A stretch of DNA of 5,061 nt from IMG/VR virus record IMGVR_UViG_3300029539_000104, positions 1 through 5,061 of that record; one strand, 5' to 3'. Made by a program: the position numbers and the translations under genes. The DNA comes from a virus. This document shows, piece after piece, positions 3,948 through 5,061 of the stretch (its first letter is position 1; each line of letters starts with the position of its first letter). The notes under the pieces were generated by a model, which did no database searches, was not told where the DNA came from, and saw only the letters and a program-made list of their open reading frames with translations.

Positions 3948-5061
3948 AAATGGTTGTTAAACTTGACTATGCTACGTTTGCTTTTGAGCAGGGTTCAATT
4001 TCTATTCCCAAAATCGAAGATGCTCTTTCTCAGTGTGATTTGCATTTTGCGCAGACTTCCAACGCAAGTGAGAATTCCCCTTACAATTCCCCTGCGGGAC
4101 TATTCTTTAAGCCGAATAACGGCGCCGAACAGTCTCCGCACTCTTTACAAGTTTCTGGTCATGGTTGTGAGCTTTTCCGTCCCACATTGCCGCGTCTTGC
4201 GTCACTGATGCAGGAAGGTCACGAATTCGGTCACTTTTCTCGTCTCGACTTTTGTTTTGATGTTGTGATGACCAAAGAACGCTGGCGTCAATATTATCTT
4301 GGTGTTATCTCTGCTTCTGTCGATGAGATGAATCATCCCGAAAAAGCCCGTAAGGTTCGCAAGTTCATGTATCAGGGTTATGGGGATGAGACTACTATTT
4401 ATATCGGTCGAAGAACGTCTTCATATGCTTTCTGCCGTATCTATAATAAATCCCTGCAAGACCCTGATAAAAAGCTCTGTACGGCTTCTGGTGCGCTTCT
4501 GGACTGTCCCGATGATTCCTATATCATTCGTTATGAGATTGAGTTTAAATTTACTTCTCGTGTACGTTCCGGTTCTCGTTCCGTTTATGACCCGTCTCCG
4601 CTTTTCTGGTTTTATTATGAAGACCCTGACAAGCTCTTCGCCTATCTCCGTAAAGTCTGGAATCGTTACGGGAATGATACTATTCTTCCTGATGGCTGGG
4701 AAGATATGCAGTTCGTGACTGATATTGAAGCCCGCAATATTCAGTTTGTTAAGGACTTATTGCATCCCCTTAGTGATGACCTTGCACAAAAGTTTTCCGT
4801 ATCTATCCATACCGTAGAACAGAAAATGTCTTATGTCGCTAATATCTTTGGACACCGTATCATCGATATTCTGCTTTATCGTCCTGAGCTGCTTTTCTTC
4901 GCTTGTTGTAAGTGGGAGCAGTATTATAATGAGCGTCTTCCGTTCTCTCCTCTTGCGTTGACACAGGAAGTTGCACAATTTTCTGAGTCTTCGCGCATTG
5001 CCGTTGAGGAGTTCCGAGAAGTTGCTGAAGACCCCTCTCCTTTTAGTGACGATGGGTTTGA
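3944..5061 (+). CDS. Rolling-circle replication initiator, Rep_trans family (pT181 RepC / CTXphi RstA type). It runs off the window end and continues at 1..98, for about 378 aa in total.
   Basis: - The ORF is open in frame 2 from ATG 3944 to the window end.
- Motifs match recalled pT181 RepC: GHFSRLDFCFDV against GFTRLDLAFDFE (4241-4264).
- YAFCRIYNKS against RFIRIYNKKQ. The Tyr at 4442-4444 corresponds to the catalytic Tyr191 of RepC.
- IRYEIEFK against WRVEIELK.
- The promoter and SD described above lie upstream. Confidence 0.8.
   Translation, partial: MKMVVKLDYATFAFEQGSISIPKIEDALSQCDLHFAQTSNASENSPYNSPAGLFFKPNNGAEQSPHSLQVSGHGCELFRPTLPRLASLMQEGHEFGHFSRLDFCFDVVMTKERWRQYYLGVISASVDEMNHPEKARKVRKFMYQGYGDETTIYIGRRTSSYAFCRIYNKSLQDPDKKLCTASGALLDCPDDSYIIRYEIEFKFTSRVRSGSRSVYDPSPLFWFYYEDPDKLFAYLRKVWNRYGNDTILPDGWEDMQFVTDIEARNIQFVKDLLHPLSDDLAQKFSVSIHTVEQKMSYVANIFGHRIIDILLYRPELLFFACCKWEQYYNERLPFSPLALTQEVAQFSESSRIAVEEFREVAEDPSPFSDDGF
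4983..5061. repeat. Second copy of the 79-nt terminal redundancy (identical to 1..79).
   Basis: Exact identity to the first 79 nt of the window. Confidence 0.9.

Noticed and set aside
1-5061. Microviridae (phiX-like) identity was considered, because of the roughly 5 kb size and the T-rich codon usage.
   Set aside because: There is no large capsid (F) or spike (G/H) genes. Instead the genome has a gV-like SSB, a pIII-like protein with a signal peptide and anchor, a Zot/pI ATPase and small TM coat proteins, which is inovirus architecture.
1-5061. A search for CRISPR arrays, IS elements and integrase/transposase genes.
   Set aside because: No direct-repeat/spacer periodicity was seen. There is no ORF with recombinase or transposase features. 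The only long repeat is the 79-nt circular overlap.

Overview
The window holds one complete circular (or tandemly repeated) replicon of about 4,982 bp. Its gene content matches a small filamentous ssDNA phage (Inoviridae-like).

Basis for the replicon call: the first 79 nt (1-79) are identical to the last 79 nt (4983-5061), so position 1 corresponds to position 4983. All convincing genes lie on the + strand, and most of them use strongly T-ending codons, as in Ff/phiX-type ssDNA phages.

Map, in order:
- Rep: a pT181/RepC-type (Rep_trans family) rolling-circle initiator at 3944..5061, continuing across the junction to 1..98. The predicted catalytic Tyr sits in a conserved RIYNK motif.
- A gene-V-like ssDNA-binding protein (117..359).
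- A perfect 8-bp hairpin with a UUCG tetraloop (396..415).
- An apparently complete tRNA-like gene with anticodon CUG (tRNA-Gln-like, 420..493).
- A 388-aa Ser/Tyr/Thr-rich pIII-like adsorption protein with a signal peptide and a C-terminal TM anchor (542..1708).
- A run of small, translationally coupled membrane proteins of 43, 55, 203, 37 and 42 aa. The 42-aa ORF (2824..2952) looks most like a signal-less major coat protein.
- A strong rho-independent terminator (2967..3008).
- A minimal 207-aa Zot/pI-type P-loop assembly ATPase (3026..3649).
- A GC-rich, hairpin-dense intergenic region (3648..3943) carrying a bidirectional-terminator/packaging-signal-like hairpin, candidate origin hairpins and a sigma70-like promoter with an extended -10 in front of rep.

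No secretin (pIV), integrase or repressor gene is evident.

The things most worth follow-up are:
- a tRNA gene inside a roughly 5 kb inovirus-like genome;
- the truncated pI with no periplasmic domain and no secretin, plus strong AAAGG SDs, which hints at a monoderm/Gram-positive-type host;
- a pT181-like candidate nick hairpin;
- a 203-aa tail-anchored protein with no recognisable family;
- compositional islands that depart from the T-ending codon bias.
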